Shown: one piece after another, positions 55,456-64,000 of the stretch
Layout of the letters: each line of letters begins with the position of its first letter
Numbering within the stretch: the first letter of the stretch is position 1
Program-made: the position numbers and the translations under genes
Notes under the pieces: generated by a model
Told to the model about the DNA's origin: nothing
What the model saw: only the letters and a program-made list of their open reading frames with translations
Database searches by the model: none
Source of the DNA: Eledone cirrhosa
Lineage: Eukaryota
Assembly: GCA_964016885.1 (NCBI GenBank)
Contig: OZ024748.1
Coordinates: forward strand, 43,958,001-44,022,000
Length of the DNA: 64,000 nucleotides
Reading direction: 5' to 3'

Positions 55456-57895
55456 GAGAACTGGGAGTTCCTAAAAAATAACTTACTAGAGGCGACGGAT
55501 GAGGTTTGTGGCTGGAGTAAGAACTCAAGCAGGAGGAGAGTGACTTGGTGGTGGAACAATAAGGTAGATGAAGCAGTCAAGGCCAAGAGACAGGCATGGA
55601 AAGAATGGAAGAACGGGGGAAGCAGGGTACATTACATAGAGACTAAGAGGGAAGCTAGGCGACAAGTATACTTAGCTAGGAGGGAAGCAGAGGATAGAAA
55701 ATTCAAGCATGTTTTACAACGTGAGGACCAGAAACAGGAGGTATTCAAGATTGCGAGGCAGTGTGTCAGAGATAGTTGTGATGTCATTGGAGAGAAGTGT
55801 ATCCGGAATGATAAAGGTGAGCTTGCCCTCACAAGTGCTGAGAAGAAAGATGCATGGAAGAGTCATTATGATAGATTACTAAATGAGGAGAATGCATGGA
55901 AGAAGAGACCCTACCCCACGTAGACCCTATAGAGGGACCAGCAGTACAAGTCAGCGGCAGCGTAGTAAGTAAGGCAATCAGAGATATGAAGATACGGAAG
56001 GCAACCGGTCCATCGGGTATAGCTGCCGAGATGCTGAAGGCATCTGGGTCTGTAGGTCACACTATAACCACACGTATCGTTAACCAGGTAATACTAGAGG
56101 GGGCCATACCAAAAGATTGGTGCAGTAGCATCATTGTCAACTGCTACAAAGGTAAAGGCGATGCACTAGATAGAGGAAACTATAGAGGTATAAAGTTGAT
56201 GGACCAGGTCATGAAAGTAACAGAAAGAGTTATAGCACAGCTGATTAGGGACCGGGTGAATATAGACGAGATGCAATTTGGGTTTGTACCAGGGAAAGGT
56301 ACCACTGATGCCCTCTTCCTTGTGAGGCAATTACAGGAAAAGTACCTAGCTAAAAGTAAGCCACTCTACTTGGCATTTGTCGACCTTGAGAAAGCCTTTG
56401 ACAGAGTTCCACGTGCAGTAATCTGGTGGGCTCTTAGAAAACTAGGAGTCGATGAATGGCTTGTGAAAGCTGTACAAGCCATGTATAGGGGAGCAGTCAG
56501 CAAAGTTAGGATTAGCAATGAGTATAGCGAGGAATTTAGCGTACAGGTTGGGGTCCACCCGGGCTCTGTTCTTAGCCCTCTCCTGTTCATCATAGTCCTG
56601 CAGGCAATAACGGGGGAGTTTAAAACCGGATGCCCATGGGAACTCCTGTATGCTGATGACCTCGCACTCATAGCTGAATCTATGGTAGAACTAGAGAATA
56701 AATTCCAAACCTGGAAGCAGGGACTAGAGAGAAAGGGCCTCAAAGTCAACATGACAAAGACTAAGGTCCTTATAAGTAGACGAGAAAACAGAACCCAGAT
56801 CCCCTCAGGGAAATGGCCTTGCTCAGTATGTAGGAAAGGTGTAGGTAGGAACTCCATTCTCTGCCCCAAATGCAAACAATGGGTACACAAGAGATGTAGC
56901 GGGATCTCAGGAAGCTTAATTAAGAATGTAGGATTCACATGCAGCAGCTGTGCTGAAACAGCAAGCAAACCGCCACAGGAAACAAGTACCACCAATCTCT
57001 GGGAGGGCCCTGTAGAAACAGTAGACAGCTTCTGCTACCTAGGTGACCGAATTAGTAACGGAGGTGGGTGCTCAGAAAGTACAATAACTAGGGTAAGAAC
57101 GGGATGGAAGAAGTTTAGGAAACTACTACCACTGCTAGCTGCAAAAGGCTTCTCCCTCAGAATGAAAGGCAGACTGTATGATGCGTGTATCCGAACAGCG
57201 ATGTTGCATGGTAGTGAGACCTGGGCGCTGAAGGTGGAAGACTTATGTAGATTAGAGAGAAACGAAGCCTGCATGCTCCGATGGATGTGTAACAGTAATA
57301 TACGTGAACGACAAAGCATAAAGGAATTGAGAGAGAGACTGAGCATAAGAGGAATCAAATGCTGCGTGCAGGAGAGGTGGTTACGCTGGTATGGACATGT
57401 GATGCGTATGAAGGATGACAGCTGCATAAAAAGGTGCAGAGCACTAGAAGTTGATGGAAACCGCGGAGTGGGGAGACCCAAGATGACTTGGGATGAGGTG
57501 ATAAAAGCCGACCTTACCCCTCTCAAAGTCAATGACACACGACCGTGACTTCTGGCGTCACGCAGTAATACAGGGTACCCGACCTCCCATGGGTACATGC
57601 TGAAGCATATAAACAATATGCCCCCACTCCCCCCACCGCAAGGTGGTCGTGGAGGTGCCACGGCAAAAAAGCACCCAGCCCACACTGTAAAGTGGACGTG
57701 TAGGCGCCACGAAAAAGCACCCAGCACTCACTGTAAATGAGGTTGGTGTTAGGAAGGGCATCCAGCTGTAGAAATCAAGCCAGATCAGTTCCTGTATGAG
57801 CAAGGCATGGTCAGCCGACCAGACACTGCCCACAACAGGACAACCCGTCTAACCCATGCTAGCGTGGAAGAACGGACGTAAAACGGTGATGATGA
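55456..57895 (+). mobile_element. RTE LINE, copy 2
   Basis: ORF 55896-57548 is nearly identical to 30627-32279. Confidence 0.95.
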
Positions 57896-58111
57896 TATAT
57901 ACATACACATACATACACACATATATATATATAAATATATATATACACACAGATACACACATATACACATATATAAGGAAAAATTGAACAGGAACAAAAC
58001 AGACGGGCAGAACAAACAAATGTTTATTAATTTCACGCTCTTGAGGGTGGGGTCACACATACACTCACATATATATATACACACACACACCCACACATAT
58101 ACGCACACACA

Positions 58112-58150
<39 letters not shown>

Positions 58151-58258
58151 ATACACACACACATATATATACATACACATACACACATATATATATATAT
58201 ATATATACATACACATACATATATATATATATATATACACATACACATACACATACAT

Positions 58259-58306
<48 letters not shown>

Positions 58307-58344
58307 GCACACACATATACATACACACATACACATATACATAT

Positions 58345-58414
<70 letters not shown>

Positions 58415-58456
58415 ATATATACACACACATACACATATATACATATACACACATAT

Positions 58457-58501
<45 letters not shown>

Positions 58502-58604
58502 TATACACACACATGTACATATATATACATATAAACACATACACACATATATATACACAGTCACACACATATATATATATACACACACACGCACACACAC
58601 ACAC

Positions 58605-58637
<33 letters not shown>

Positions 58638-58948
58638 CATATACATACACATATATACATACATATACACACATACACACACATATATACACATATACAT
58701 ATACATATACTTATATACACATATATACACACATATACATATATATACATAAATAAACACATATACACACATACATACACATACATACACATGCATATAC
58801 ATATATATACATATATATATACATATATATATATATACACATATACATACACATACATACATATACATATACATATATACACATACACACGAATATACAG
58901 ACACATACGTACACACATACACACATACGTATACATAAATAAATAAAC

Positions 58949-59022
<74 letters not shown>

Positions 59023-59230
59023 ATACATATATATATATACACACACACACGTACATACATACACCTACATATACACATATACACACATATATATACACAT
59101 ATACATACATATATATATATATAAAAATATATATACATATACATACGCATACATACACACATATATATACATATACATACATATACACATATATATACAT
59201 ATATACATATACACACATACACATATACAT

Positions 59231-61512
<2,282 letters not shown>

Positions 61513-61520
61513 GTGTGTAC

Positions 61521-61592
<72 letters not shown>

Positions 61593-61612
61593 ATGTATGT
61601 GTATGTGTGTGT

Positions 61613-61668
<56 letters not shown>

Positions 61669-61673
61669 ATGTG

Positions 61674-61706
<33 letters not shown>

Positions 61707-61796
61707 ATGTGTATGTATATATATATGTGTGTGTGTATGTATATATATATATATATATAGAGAGAGAGATGTGTGTGCGTATATGTGTGGGTGTGG

Positions 61797-61890
<94 letters not shown>

Positions 61891-62819
61891 ATGTGTATAT
61901 GTATGTGTATGTATGTATTTATATATGTATGTGTGTGTATGTGTGTATATATATATATATATGTATATGTGTGTATGCATGGTGTATGTGTGTGTGTATA
62001 TATATATGTGTGTGTATGTGTGACCCCACCCTCAAGAGCGTGAAATTAATAAACATTTGTTTGTTCTGCCCCTCTGTTTTGTTCCCCGTTCAATTTTTCC
62101 TTATATATGTGTATATGTGTGTATGTGTGTGTATATATATATTTATATAGATATACGTGTGTATGTATGTGTATGTATATATATATATACTTTTATATAT
62201 ATATATATGCATATATATGTGTGTATGTATGTGTGTGTATGTATATGTATATGTGTATATATATATATGAATATATTTATATGCGTGTGTGTATATATGT
62301 GTGTATATGTGTATGTGTATGTGTGTTTATGGGTGCACGCGAGTGTGTGAGTGAGTGTGTTTTGTGAATTGTGTCTGTTGATTTTTGGCATATAGTTGAA
62401 TAGTTTAGGAGAAATTTGAGGATAATTGTAAGATATGCACTCAATATTTTGAATTTGTCTACAGAATTCTCTAAACCTTTGTCACTTAGTAGAACCTTAA
62501 TGAATTTAGCTTTTAAAGAATCTCCCTTTCCTTTAAATCTATCTACCATGACTGACCCCCCACTGATCTTATAGACACCTGTTAGCTTAAGAGAAACTTA
62601 ATAATAAGGAGTGGCATGCCATCCTGAACCTGTTTATAGAATTCTGTCTGCCTTTGTTACTCTAAAAACAAAAATAAATAAAAATAAACTATAGCTTTGT
62701 AGAATTAGCTTTTAATGAATTCCCTTTTCTATCAACCAATGACCTACACCCATCCCACTCCCCACCCTCTCCTACCACTTTTAGAGACCTATAAATACCA
62801 TACTTATTTTCTGATACCC

Positions 62820-62870
62820 AGATTCCTGATGATTTCTAAAGAATGAAACAGTTCTAGTCCTGTAGAATCT
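62820..62870 (+). ncRNA. Type I hammerhead ribozyme motif (family A), copy 2; inverted partner at 54764-54814
   Basis: Same motif as 39604-39654. Confidence 0.75.
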
Positions 62871-62944
62871 CATCTATATTAAAACTATATATATATATAT
62901 ATATATTGGCTTGGCTGCTGATCGAACTTCGAATATGCTGTACT

Positions 62945-62979
<35 letters not shown>

Positions 62980-63044
62980 AAGTATATATACGTACATACA
63001 TATATGTATACAGACGTACAGTAGTATGTATATACATACATACA

Positions 63045-63134
<90 letters not shown>

Positions 63135-63171
63135 GATGCACTCACATATATACATGCATATATATATATAT

Positions 63172-63202
<31 letters not shown>

Positions 63203-63555
63203 CCCATTGAGTGCGGTGAGATACAACCGGTACTGGCATTGATAAATATGCTGGGTCCGTCAACCCTTATTATATATATATATATATATATGAATAAAGT
63301 TAGTCCTTCTTCATCAGTGATCTTCCAACCATCATTGGTATTTCATCGCTTTAAAGACCATATACCTCCGGTTGGTGCGAGCAACGGCTAAAAGAAGTCG
63401 TTGGGACACGTAAATAAAGGGGACACGAGAGTGTAAACAAACAAAGATGGTGAAGCAACGAAAAGTGAGGAAGAAGGAGTCAAGTCCCAAATTTCCATGA
63501 ATATAAATTCGGTGAAATCGTGGTATATATATGTGTGTGTGTGGGGTGTGTGTGT

Positions 63556-63594
<39 letters not shown>

Positions 63595-64000
63595 CTTGGT
63601 GAGGGTCATATTGTTATAATAATATTGCCAGAATTAATAACAGAACACACTCACTGTTTGGTTGGTTTTCACTTCTGTATCTTTTATATCAGTTAATTTA
63701 TTCGGTCCCCAATGTTTACCATATATATATATATACATACATAAATGAAGTATTTCCGTAGGAGAGTTAAAGGAAAAGAGAGTGCTCTATGTAGGCCACA
63801 GAACTTTTTAGTTATGTAATAAACAACATTAGATAATTATTTCATTTACCAATGGTTTCTTGAAGAGCTTGACTCTTATGTCTGTCTTCATTCATCAGAA
63901 AAAATTTATTATGAATAATACAGACACATATATAAAAAAAACACATCTATACAGACATATATGTATACACATCCACTCAAGTGTTTAAGTTCATATATAC

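Overview
AT-rich, microsatellite-laden animal genomic DNA; the repeat repertoire suggests an invertebrate, probably a cephalopod (inference). The left 13 kb holds coding exons 1-4 of SMC5 on the minus strand, missed by the ORF track, with introns filled by minisatellites, MITEs and SINEs. From ~17.8 kb the window is a head-to-tail duplication of a ~25 kb unit; copy 2 runs off the right edge, and the junction appears to lie inside a Tx1/L1 LINE. Each unit carries one host-like gene, an intronless, prodomain-less caspase-like ORF with an altered active-site and S1 pocket. Around it are RTE LINEs with a PHD-like finger inside ORF2, a Naiad-type Penelope-like element, and many Penelope pLTR fragments with type I hammerhead ribozyme (HHR) motifs, several arranged as long inverted repeats; an R4/Dong fragment is visible at the end of copy 1 only. 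The caspase lies between two near-identical, same-strand HHR repeats, resembling a cargo-carrying non-autonomous Penelope/retrozyme. Most long ORFs in the track are microsatellite artefacts.
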